From Octopus vulgaris (Eukaryota): a stretch of 64,000 nucleotides of DNA. A model generated the notes under the pieces. That model ran no database searches and was not told the origin of the DNA. It saw nothing but the letters and a program-made list of their open reading frames with translations. The position numbers and the translations under genes are program-made. The stretch covers positions 57,784,001-57,848,000 of the forward strand of contig OX597821.1 of assembly GCA_951406725.2 (NCBI GenBank), read 5' to 3'. Below, in pieces: positions 51,810-64,000 of this stretch. Positions within the stretch are counted from its first letter, which is position 1. Each line of letters opens with the position of its first letter.

Positions 51810-51975
51810 CATATATACGATAGGCTTCTTTCAGTTTCCGTCTACCAAATCCATTCACAAGGGTTTGGTCGGCCCGAGGCTATAGTAGAAGACACTTGCC
51901 CAAGTTGCCACGCAGTGGGACTGAATCCGGAACCATGTGGTTGGGAAGCAATCTTCTTACCACACAGCCACTCCT
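51520..51975 (-). mobile_element. Family B SINE, full length
   Basis: Consensus match on the minus strand with expanded internal (TA)n. Confidence 0.9.
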
Positions 51976-53281
51976 GTTCGTTTTCTTTTCTATGTATCAC
52001 TGTGACATCAATGTAAATTTTAACTTACCATTTTTAAAGATTTTATTTCCTTTGACAGTTAAAGTATTCCAAAAGAACAAGCAGTATGAGCGATAGACAA
52101 ACCAATTAACATAATGATTATTAGTAGAATCGTAACTCATTAAAACTAAATATAATAGTTCTGCGTCAGTTGAACCTAGGTATACTTAACCGTTCGTTTC
52201 TTTTGTTTGTAAGTGTTCCGCTTTTAGGTGGAGGCACGGCTATGTGGTTAAGTAGCCAGCTTTGCCACAACGTGCTTTCCGGTTCATTCCCACTGTGCGG
52301 TACATCGGGCGTCTTCTATTATAGCTTCGGGACAACCAATGAATTTTGAATGAATTTGGAAGACGAAAGCTGCGTGGAAGACGAAAGCTGCGTGGAAGCG
52401 CAGCGTATATGTACGGGGGAGAATGCGCGCACGAGAGTGTGTGTATGAGTTTGTGTTCTTTCTCCCAACGCTTGATGATAGGTGCTGCTTTCTCTATATC
52501 CCTGAAGCACAGTGGTTCGGCAAAAATAAAACCCGTTAAGGCGGTGTCCCAGCAAGGCCGTAGTCAAATAACTGAAAGCAGTAAAAGGTAAAAGGCAAGT
52601 ACTTATTTCCTGTAGAACATGCTTTTTTTTTTAATTCGAAAGAACGATAATTATTTTGTAACGCACTGTATATTCGTTCTTCATTTGTTAATTACTGTTC
52701 TTATCGTAACTCATGTCCATTCTCCGGAAATCTTTCCCTCTCCGTGTGTGCTCTTGCTCTGCTTATTCCGATCTGGGAATGGACATGAATTAGAATAAGA
52801 ACAGTAACAAAACGAGTGAAGAACGGAAATATAGCGCGTGTGTTTATTTGGCAAAACAAAAAAAATGACCGTCCCGAAACACAACAATATCTGTTTTAAC
52901 ACACAACTTCACATCAGGAATCTTGCTACACAAATTCATAAGCGATATTTATTTAGTTTTCTTAGAGTAAAAGACCATCATGTGACGAAACGTTTGTTCT
53001 ATGGGATTATAATGTTTCACAATATTTTGACCTCTTCACAAGAGGAGATTGTTTCATGTTCAATTTATTTGTTATTTCTTTTCTGTGATTTCGTCGAATC
53101 AATTATCCTGCAGAATGGCCGTTATTTATATATATATCTAAAGACACGATGTCATAGTTAATACAAATATCGTTTTATTTTTTCTTTCATCATTGTCCTT
53201 AGTTCAACCACCACTTTCATCATCGTATCGTATGTATATCTGCGTGTGTTGTGTGTTGTATGTATATATACATATCTGTGT

Positions 53282-53343
<62 letters not shown>

Positions 53344-53644
53344 TATATATATATATATATATATGTGTGTGTATAAATATATATATATATATGTATATAT
53401 TTATACATATATGAATATATACATATTTGTGTATATATTTATATATATGTATATATATATATATACATATATATACAAATATGTATATATACATATATGT
53501 ATAAATATATATATCTATATATACATATATATATACATACATCCTCCTTCTTTCTTTCCTTTCCTGAGCGTCCAATAACACTATACTTGTTCCACGTCCT
53601 CGCGTTCTTGTGTTTTCTCTTTGTGTTTCATGTTTGGATTAACT

Positions 53645-53693
<49 letters not shown>

Positions 53694-53700
53694 CATATTA

Positions 53701-53761
<61 letters not shown>

Positions 53762-53950
53762 TTCTTTTATTTGTTTCAATCATTTGACTGCGGCATGCTG
53801 GGGCACTGCCTTTTAGTCGAAGAAATCGACCCTGATACTTATTCTATCGGTCTAGTTTGGCGAACCGCTAAGTCACCGAGATGTAAACACACCAGCATCG
53901 GTTGTCAAGCGATGGTGGGGTGACAGACACAGACATACACACACACACAT

Positions 53951-53986
<36 letters not shown>

Positions 53987-54152
53987 GTGTGTGTGTGCGC
54001 GCGCGACGAGCTTCTTTCAGTTTCCGTCTACCAAATCTACTTACAGACTTCGGTCAGCCTGAGGCGATATTAGAAGACATTTGCCCAAGCTGCCACGGTA
54101 CTGAACCCAGAACCATGTGGTTGGGAAGTAAGTTCTTACCACACGGTCACTC
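53762..54152 (-). mobile_element. Family B SINE
   Basis: Consensus match on the minus strand. Confidence 0.85.
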
Positions 54153-54192
54153 TTGCATGTATATGTATATATGCATACACATATATATATAT

Positions 54193-54223
<31 letters not shown>

Positions 54224-54230
54224 AAGCATA

Positions 54231-54232
54231 AA

Positions 54233-54285
<53 letters not shown>

Positions 54286-54462
54286 AGAAGAAGAGGAAGA
54301 AGAAGAGGAAGAATAAGAGGAAGAAGAAGAAGAGGAAGAATAAGAGGAAGAAGAAGAAGAAGAAGAGGAAGAATAAGAAGAAGAAGAAGAGGAAGAAGAA
54401 GAAGAGGAAGAAGAAGAAGAGGAAGAAGAAGAAGAGGAAGAAGAAGAAGAGGAAGAAGAAGA

Positions 54463-54501
<39 letters not shown>

Positions 54502-54553
54502 AGAAGAAGAAGAAGAAGAAGAAGAAGAAGAAGAAGAAGAAAAAGAAGAAGAA
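54231..54553. repeat. (GAA)n/(GAG) polypurine microsatellite, ~320 bp
   Basis: Direct reading. Confidence 0.95.
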
Positions 54554-55498
54554 ATGCGCACGCGCATATATAAGTGCATTTCGTAATATATTTGGCGTTA
54601 GACTGATTTAGCTGGCATACATCATCATCATGCTGTCAGAAATACTTTTAAATACTATTGGCATTTAAAAGTATTTCTGACTTTTGAGTGCTACTATAAC
54701 ACAAGCACTTTAAAGTGAAGAGAGATGCAGTTATCGCAAATCGAAGTCGATATCAATCTATATGCAGGGAGTTGGCCAACTTACGAAGATGAATTCGTTT
54801 GAATCTCTTTTAGAACAATGCTAAAGTGAGATTGTCATCATACCCAGATGGCTTTCTCTACAGATTTAGTAATGGAATTTATAACTCTCCCCTCTGCTAC
54901 ACCAGCGACTCCATCCCAACCAGAGCTTTGCCGAATAAATACCCCACAAAAGACCGCCAGCCCACTTCCATTTCCTCCTTTAAAATACTGTCTGGTTTAG
55001 TTCGTCATCATACGCAGAATAGGTTTTGAAGCAGTTGTCTCCCAAAGCACAAAATATTATTTCCTAGTTTAGTTTCCAGACATATCTCATGGATGTTCTG
55101 GGGTGCATCCACAATGTTACGGCTAGCTTCTGTTCTTTCAGCATCAAACATCTTCACCTAGTTGACCTTACCGGGGTTGATTAAGTTCCAGCTTGCATCC
55201 CAGTAGCAGCAAACACTAGTCTACCCTCTTTATCCAAAGCCACTTGGTGACATTTTCTGCTGCTTTATAGTTAGAATTTGTCTCTCTTCTTTGTTGCGCC
55301 AGTAACTTTAATCCCAGTCAGAGCTTTGCAGAATAAATACCCTAGAAAAGATGGGTAACCTTCTTCAATTACATTATCTCTTTTAAAACGCTGTAGAGGT
55401 TAGTTTGTCCTCACATCCCGAATAGTATTTGAAGTCGTTGCCTTCCAATGCACAAAACATTATTTTCTAATTAATATTTAAAATGTATCCATTCCATA

Positions 55499-55900
55499 GG
55501 CGTAGGAGTGGCTGTGTGGTAATACGCGTAGGAGTGGCTTTGTGGTAAGTAGCTTGCTTACCAACCACATGGTTCCGGGTTCAGTCCCTCTGCGCGACAC
55601 CTTGGGCAAGTGTCTTCTACTATAGCCTCGGGCCAACCAAAGCCTAGTGAATGGATTTAGTAGACGGAAACTGAAAGAAGCTCGTCGTATATATGTGTCT
55701 GTGTTTGTCCCCCCAACATCACTTGACAACCGATGCTGGTGTGTTTACGTCCCCGTAACTTAGCGGTTCGGCAAAAGAAACCGATAGAATAAGTACTAGG
55801 CTTACAAAGAATAAGTCCTGGGGTCGATTCGCTCAACAAAAGGCTGTGCTCCAGCATGGCCACAGTCAAATGACTGAAGCAAGTAAAAGAGTAAAAGAGT
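55499..55900 (+). mobile_element. Family B SINE with duplicated 5' end
   Basis: GCGTAGGAGTGGCTGTGTGGTAA occurs twice in tandem, then the full body to the GTAAAAGAGTAAAAGAGT tail. Confidence 0.9.
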
Positions 55901-56339
55901 ATTCCATTTCAAGTTTTATTAATCTAAAAATGAAATAAAAACATGTCCCCTGGTTTCAACTGTGTGTGGTTCCAAGACTCACAGGGCTGGTCACCCGTTT
56001 TACATAACATATAATTGAACGAGATCACATCACCCTACCTCTGAGCGGACGCCAGTCCGTCGCAGGGTTTCTCATTTACAGCTGAGTGGACTGAAGCAAC
56101 GTAAAATAAAGTGTTTTGTTCAAGAGCACAACACATGTCCCGGTCCAGGAATCGAAACCACGATCTTGTAAGCAACACCCTTACCACTAGATCCCGCGCC
56201 TTCATATTATTCATCTTGAGCTTTCATAATTCAAGTCAACTGTATCTCTGTGGTCATACTTGTAAGCTGTATATAAACTTTTTCTACTATAGGCAGAATA
56301 TAGCGTGCTGGCAGAACAAGGTGGCATGCTGGCAAAAAA

Positions 56340-56770
56340 GGCGGCGTGCTGGCAGAGTCGTTAGCACGCCGGGCGAAATGCGTAGCCGTATTTCGTCTGC
56401 CGTTACGTTCTGAGTTCAAATTCCGCCGAGGTCGACTTTGCCTTTCATCCCTTCGGGGTCGATAAATTAAGTGCTAGTTACGCACTGAGGTCGATATAAT
56501 CGACTTAATCCGTTTGTCTGTCCTTGTTTGTCTCCTCTATGTTTAGCCCCTTGTGGGCAATAAAGAAATAAGAAGGCTTGAAATTTGGCGGGAGAGGGAT
56601 TAGTCGATTACACCAAACTCAGTCCTCGACTGATACTTAATTTATTGACTCCCGATAGGATGAACAGCAAAGCTGACCTCAGCAGAATTTGAACCGAGAG
56701 CGTAAAACTGGAAGAATTGCTGCTACGAATTATGCCTGGCGTGCTAACGATTCTGCTTGCTCGCCGCCTT
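56340..56770. mobile_element. Family A SINE (+) adjoining an older minus-strand copy
   Basis: Consensus match 56340-56572 (+) and 56575-56770 (-). Confidence 0.85.
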
Positions 56771-57691
56771 AAAAGCTGTATCTTAGTTAAATTTATTTAC
56801 GTATGTATACCTCTCTGTGTAACGTGCTAATGTCGAAGCTGCTGTTATCTTCTTCTTTTTCTTCTTCTTCTTCTTCATCTTCTTCCAATCACGACTCACA
56901 CCATTAGCCACAAGGAATAATCTCTAATTCGAGTGTATTCTATGCTACTAAGAATGCACCCACCACATGCGATAGGCCGGTGGTTGCACGGGAGCGAAAG
57001 CTACGTTGTTATCCTCATTCCGTAAACGGTGGGTTTTAACGGGTAGAGAGCTGAACCATCATGGGGTACAGAGGATTCGCAATCTAGACTAGGGTCTGAA
57101 AGTTTACCACACCATAGTGGGTAACACCATGGTTCCTCTGCTTTGTGGCAGAAGTAGGAAGGAAGAGTGAGAGAAAGTTATGGTGAAAGAGGACAGCGGG
57201 GTTTATGTAATGAACAATTTTCATATGACGCAATTCATAAAATTATGCAATCTCTCCATGAAATTTTATGGATGCAATACTAATTATGGCTTAATAAAAC
57301 TTCAAAAGTAATCATTTGTATTTATTCGGAGAAACCATAATTATCTTGGAAGAGTTTATTGGCCAGTCTTTATTAAACAAAATAATATTTTCTCTTACAT
57401 CTCATGTAGATTGCGCATCATTTTATATTTCTGCTAACCGCAATCGAAATCAAACTATCCCTAGCAGTAAACAGTAAAGCTATGCTGATCAACATTCATC
57501 AATCCTTAATTAACCATCATTTAATGCATCCTACAGTTTGTTGGGGTTTTTTTTAAAATAATCTTATAAGATTATCTTAACGTCCTCAACTTCTTGGAAA
57601 TTAAATGGCTGATTGTGCACACTTTGACGAAAATCAGAAATTCTTAGTCGAATCAAACCTTACCCTACGCCATACCTCCTCTGTCTATTAG

Positions 57692-57730
<39 letters not shown>

Positions 57731-57826
57731 CCATGTGTATATATGTGTGCCTAAATAAATATAGATACACATATTTATATGTGTATATGTAAGCATACTC
57801 ACAAAATACACACATACATACATACA

Positions 57827-57884
<58 letters not shown>

Positions 57885-58335
57885 TACACACACATAAGTG
57901 CAATGAATTCAGTGATCTCATACCCTTCTTTTTATCCCTTCCACCATCAAAGTATCAAATATACATTATCTCACTCATCTAATCCGGCAGCATTACAAAA
58001 CTAATGAAGTTCACCAGGTCAAACTGTTTCGGATTCAGTGATGTGAGAACTACGTCGACGATGAATATTGTGTATTTACAGATCAAATTTAAAACCTATT
58101 TAAAGAAGCATAGCCAATCATACGCACATGATCAAACACCAACCCATACACACATATATGCATGCATTCATATATGTAACATACACACACACATATATAT
58201 ATACGCAAACACACACACATATATACATATTTATGCATACATACGCATACATATGCGTAGAAATACATACACGCATACATACATACATGCATACATACAT
58301 ACATACATACATACATACATACATACATACATACA

Positions 58336-58369
<34 letters not shown>

Positions 58370-58399
58370 CATACATACATAAATGCATACATACATACA

Positions 58400-60425
58400 G
58401 ACGACAAGAAAGCCTTTGACACTGTTCCCCGCTCATGGATGCTAGAAGTCCTTCAATTTGCTAAAGCTCTAGTGAGAACGACTCCATCGTGGGCCACCAT
58501 CTTGAAATTAAACACAAAGAGTGACTGTATTATCACCGATAGAATACAGTATCGCAAAGGCATATTCCAAGGAGACAGCCTCTCTGTGATGTTGTTTATA
58601 CTTTCTATAAACCCCTTGTCGTTCATGTTAGGTAAGTCTGAAGGATATCTCACTGGCTCACAAGGAAACAGAAATACCAAAATTAAATATTGTTTCTTTG
58701 TGGATGATTTAAAAATTTATGCAAAAAATATGCATGAGATGAAAAAGAGCCATGGCCTAGTTACAACATTCTCAAATGATGTTGGTTTGGAGTTTGGTCA
58801 GGAGAAATATTATATGGTTGTGAAGAGGGAGATAACTATAAACCAGACTAGTGACATCTCCATCAATGATTTGACTGTTTCCTCCGTATCTGACGAGGAA
58901 TGTTACAGGTGTCTAGGGGTGGATGAAAATATATCTTACATTAGCGCCTGTAACAAAACACGTGTTACTAAAGAATATTATAGCGGAATAAAAAAAACCT
59001 TTGGACCTCGAAACACTCTGTATTCAATAAAACAGTGGTCCACAATGTGTTTTCAGTATCAATACTTATACCAACATTTGGGCTGCTTGACTAGACGCTT
59101 GATGAAATCCGAGTCATTGATGTGGAAACCCGAAAAGTACTAACAAACACACATAATTTCCACATAAACAGTGACGTAGACCGCTTCTGCTTAAAACGAA
59201 AACAAGGCGGAAGAGGCTTAACATCGATCCAAAAAGCCTTTGAATGTAGCATCATATCCCTTCGGCAACATCTTTTAACCAAGTGTCGAAGTGCATCCCT
59301 TGACCAAATTTGCATACATGAGGCTGATAATATCATAAGACTTGGAGGGCATGTCCTTGAGCAACACACTTTGTCTGGTAACCTAGAATACATGCCCAAA
59401 GAAGTCGCACGACTCTACAGCAACAAATCATCAGATGAAAGGATGAGCCTATATGAGCAGAAGACTATGCATAGCTATGTTAGTAGAAAGCCCCGTGATG
59501 ATAGTACCATCGATCTTCAAAGCAGTTTATCATGTACCAGTAACCGGATTACTACCTTCGACTTTGAAGGGTATGCGTTTGCAATCCAGGAACAGGAAAT
59601 ATCAACCAAGTACCTGATGCACAAAAGGGATAGAGATTCAGGAAAAGCTGTAAAATGTGATAACCGTTGCAGACTTTGTGGAGTCCACACTGAAGATATC
59701 ACCCACATCATAAGCAGTTGCCCGAAAATGTTATCAGTTTTATCTACCAATGATACATGATGTTGTAGCAAGGATACTCTATAATGAACTCCGTTGGAAG
59801 GATAATTCCGAGGACAAAAAATAAAAACCAACGATATGGTACAAGCCATAGCCACTCATAGTAAAAAGGATTACTGGTGGAATGTACCAGCGAAGACCTC
59901 AATAAAACGTAAGCACAACAGACCTGATATAATGATTTCAGATAGAGAAGAGAAACTGTGCACAGTTGTGGAAACTAGCTGCCCAGCTGAAGATCAGTGA
60001 AAAACAGAACGCCTATACTAATTACAAGTTCAGGTTTATACCTGTTACTATTGGGGCCTTGAGATATGTAACACACTGCCTAAATAGCAATCTTCAGAAA
60101 TTAGGCTTCTCAAAACCAAAAAGGAGAAAACGAATTCGAAGACTACTACAGATCCAGTCCATCACTGGAACTGTAAAAATTTGTAAAACTTTCCGGTTTA
60201 TCATTTAAATATATATATGAGCATGTCTAGATATGCAGCTATATGCATGAGAATACATTCATAAAACATACAAATAATATATACATGCATACATACATAC
60301 ATACATACATACATACAAACAAAATACCGTTTTTGATGTAGAAATTCCAATGAAGAAGCCTTGGATCTAGATTAGAAATCGTTCTTCCTCTATCGGCAAG
60401 AAATCTTGATATAAACTGAATAATG
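58400..60425 (+). mobile_element. 5'-truncated, frameshifted RLE non-LTR retrotransposon (second R4/Dong-like family) next to (CATA)n
   Basis: DDKKAFD, GIFQGDSLS, FVDDLK, YRCLG, GGRGL, FAIQEQ, CRLC-x7-H-x4-C, HNRPDIM; starts immediately after a (CATA)n tract (58275-58399). Confidence 0.92.
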
Positions 60426-60453
60426 GCATAAATATAGTAATAATAACAAGAGC

Positions 60454-60505
<52 letters not shown>

Positions 60506-61118
60506 AGTACATATAGGTGGTGGTGGTGGTCGTCGTCGTCGTCGTGGTCTTGGTTGTTGTCGTCGTTGTGGCGTCTCTCGTAATTCGAAAAAGACGGTTC
60601 TGCAATTACTGAAAGAAGCGCAAATAGTTTGTTTATAGTGATCAAATGCATGTGCCATACATCAGCTCAATATCTCCCATGAAATCGACACGTTGCCTGA
60701 ATAGGTACAAGGTGTACCGCACGTCTGGTGTTGAAGTGCCCACAGAGCAATGAGAAATGAAGTGTTTTGCTCAAAAACAGAACGCACCTCCCGGTCCAGA
60801 GTGGAGAAGGTAACCATCTTCTCGCGTGCCACACACTAACCACTTGGCAATACGCCCTCATAGAAAGATATATATTTCTCATATGGAATAGTGTACGTAT
60901 TTATGCAGAAAAGAGGTGACCGTTAACAGAACACCTTACATGCTAGGAAGAGCAGTTAAAGCCCAAACCACGAATAAGATGTCTTGTTAAAAGACACCTC
61001 TTTTTTGTGCATAAATAAATACACTATTTTGTATGAAATATATGTTATCTATTGACTTTATTACGCATGCTGGCCACCTGTAGAAAATTTCTTAAAATTT
61101 TCTCCCCTAATCTTCACA

Positions 61119-61173
<55 letters not shown>

Positions 61174-62034
61174 ACTCACAACCACACTATTGCAAGCCCA
61201 ATGCTCTAACCACTGAGTCTGGATCCCCTTTTTTAATACTTAAGGTGAGGTCACTGCAATAACATTTGTTATTGAACGAATTTTAATGAACGAAATGTTT
61301 CCTAAAATTCAGTTGATCAAGCAAGGCTAGGCGCTGGGTGGCGGTCTGACGAATGCCTTATGAGAGAATTTGGTTGACAGAAAACAGTGTGGAAGCCCAT
61401 CCTACATGTGTTTTTTTCTTGCTAAACAACCAGTATTGGTTTGTTTACGCCCCCGTAATTTAGCGGTTCGACGAAAGCGACAGATAAAATAAGTATCAGA
61501 TTTTTTTTTAAAAAGCACTCTGCTTAGTTTGTCCGATGAAAATCTTTATGTCGGTGCCCCAGTATGGCCGCAGTCCTATAGCCGAAACAAGTAACAGAAA
61601 AAATGTTTAGTCTATTCCATTAGAGGCACCGAAGATAAAAATTTATTAATCCCAAGTGAGTTGTCATCAAATGCTAAATTCTTGAATAATCTTCTTTCTT
61701 TGCCTGGATGGAAGAGTATAACATTTTGGTGAGAATAATGTTCAAAATGTTTTAGTTGGATAAATAGATACCTAAAGAATCGCTCGTGTGAAGTACGACA
61801 TTCATATATATATATATAAACATTTACGTAGATATGAGTGTGTCATCTACTCAAAAGATAATTAACAAACGGTCTTATTCTCAGCTTGAAAGATGGCGAA
61901 ATAAATTATTATTTCGACAAGGAAACTCTGGCTAGCTATATTTAACAAGATTTGTTTTTATTATAACATTATTTTTACTCCCTTAGTTTATCGAGTGGTT
62001 TTCTACTTGTTGAAGCCCTACCACATAATCTATA

Positions 62035-62085
<51 letters not shown>

Positions 62086-62134
62086 GCACACACCCACACA
62101 CGCGTTTCATTAGCTATATTTCTATTTGTTTATT

Positions 62135-63310
62135 TCTAATCTAAAGTATGCAGACGATACTGCTCTACTTGCCAAGACTGAAGGCAGACTATAAGAAATG
62201 GTAAAAAGAGTCGAGAAGGTATCAAACACGCAACCATTAGAAAGCAAAAGTCATGGTTACAGGGAAAGATTGAGTAAATGCTAACATCAAACTGGGAAGT
62301 GAGAAGCTGGAACAGGTTGAAGTGCACAAGTAAATCTCTGATGAAACCACATGTAAGAAAGAAATTAGGACACAGTTAGCCATGGCAAGAACGTCCATGG
62401 GGAAGCTTAAAAGTGTCGTCCATGGGGAGTAGCAAAAGTGTCACAATTAAGTTAAAAACAAGTTAAGGCGGCGAGCTGCTACGTTCTGAGTTCAAATTCC
62501 GCCGAGGTCGACTTTGCCTTTCATCCTTTCGGGGTCGATCAGATAAGTACCAGTTACGCATTGGGGTCGATATAATCGACTTAATCCGTTTGTCTGGCCT
62601 TGTTTGTTCCCTCTGTGTGTAGCCCCTTGTGGGCAGTAAAGAAATAAGTAAGTTAAAAACAAGGCTAGCGCAAGCGCTCATTTGGTCAACAGGCATTTAT
62701 GGTTCAAAGCAAGGACTCAGAACAAATTTGAAGAGAACATAGCTAATGCGTTTGAAATGTGAGTGTTTAAGAAAATTATACGAGTCTCTTACAAGGACCA
62801 TCGGGAATGAATGGGTGTAGCAACAAGTAGGTGAAAGACGACATCTGAACATTGTGAAGAATAAAAGCTCATCTATTATGGCTTGGGTCTAGTGCAGGAC
62901 TGGGTCTAAAAATATTGGTTGCCAGGAGACAAAGGGAGCCCGCCCGAAACTACAAGGAGACCCACCCAAAACTACAATGCTATCATTTATTTTTTATTTT
63001 TATTTTTATTTTTATTTTTTGTTAAAAGTATTCTTTTCAACTGTCTACAATCACAGCCAGGCTGAAATAATTAAAGCATTGTTCCATGAGTGAATTTTAA
63101 AAATTATCAAGCTTGAGGAGATGGGCTCCTTAGATACTAACATGAGACCCCATATATGGATTCAAATGGCGCAGGGTTCCACTTGCCATCGAGCAAGCAG
63201 GCAACCTGGCCAGTCCACCACTGATTATGGCTATATTCGAAGAAGCAAAGGTCTGGAAAACACCTTGGAAGTAAGAGTAGAGGGCAAATGCCACGAGCTG
63301 GTTGGACAAT
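62135..63310 (+). pseudogene. Degenerate RTE-clade RT fragment with nested insertions
   Basis: SNLKYADDTALLA, EIRTQLAMAR, LKTRLAQALIWS, ANAFEM..KKIIRVSY and GYIRRSKGLENTLEVRVEGK in broken frames. Confidence 0.75.
62463..62648 (+). mobile_element. Internally deleted family A SINE with 15-bp target-site duplication
   Basis: TAAGTTAAAAACAAG at 62448-62462 and 62649-62663 flanks the insertion. Confidence 0.9.
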
Positions 63311-64000
63311 AGTGGCAAGGCAACTGAAGAACTCGCGCTTAATCGGAAAAAGATTCGTTTGTTGTTGTGTCATCAATGTGCTGCCGGCGTATGATATATG
63401 ATGATGACGACGATGACGACGAATTAAACTGCAGACATTTCTGCATAATAAATGGCGTCAATCTTATCTACTTGTGCATCTCACTATCATAACAACGCTA
63501 AAGAATAAAATAAATAGATTTCGTTGCATCATCTCTTTATGACTGCGTTTGCCGATTTCTTCAAGGAAATGACGGGATCAGTTACAAATTTGGCGCCGGT
63601 CTCTGTGATAAGGAATTCGTGTTGCTATTCTTTAATTCTAGGATGAGTAGGTAGATCGGAAAGCAGTTGAAGATAAAATATGCCATTCGACTTTTCTTTC
63701 ATTACAATTTTTTTTATCTCCCACCAATTTCGCTTGACGATTTCGCTTTGTGTATTTATCTTTCTGCGACAGCCTAGTTGCACTACCTTCAATTTCTTAT
63801 TGACCAATTATTCTCGAGCCCACACCTACAACGAGCTTTTGGTGCTCTTGCTTTGAGTATCGTTATGTTGTTAAAACTGCCGTTCTGGCGACATATCAAA
63901 TACCGATCATCATATACTTTCCTGATGAGTTGGGGTTTCATTAAATAATATAATGCATCATCTCATGGATGTTGCATGTCTTACATAACTGAATATATGA

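Noticed and set aside
54136-54611. Poly-Lys / poly-Ser ORFs (also 23571-24267 and 26797-27190)
   Set aside because: Products of (GAA)n and (TAG)n tracts with no coding context

Overview
Eukaryotic, AT-rich, repeat-saturated non-coding DNA. The SINE families and the density of (TA)n, (CA)n, (TAA)n and (CATA)n microsatellites suggest an octopus/cephalopod genome (inference). No intact host protein-coding gene can be supported, and nearly all ORF-track entries are microsatellite or SINE translation artefacts. Recognisable content: (i) four pieces of restriction-like-endonuclease non-LTR retrotransposons (R4/Dong-like), mostly abutting microsatellites; (ii) RTE-type LINE fragments; (iii) a full-length degenerate mariner nested in a Penelope-like RT relic, plus two mariner deletion derivatives; (iv) dozens of tRNA-derived SINEs in at least three families; (v) at least 8 clear type I hammerhead-ribozyme motifs. 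The most notable structure is a young, ORF-less element at 16085-17932. It has a 596-bp monomer carrying one hammerhead with a ~70-nt extended stem II, arranged as tandem plus inverted copies inside a (TA)n tract, with a diverged relative at 34453-34990. This is a candidate retrozyme-like (circular-RNA) family, probably mobilised by Penelope-like elements. An orphan stress-type promoter (perfect 5-unit HSE, CRE, TATA) precedes an ATG-free ~350-nt segment at 47060-47640.
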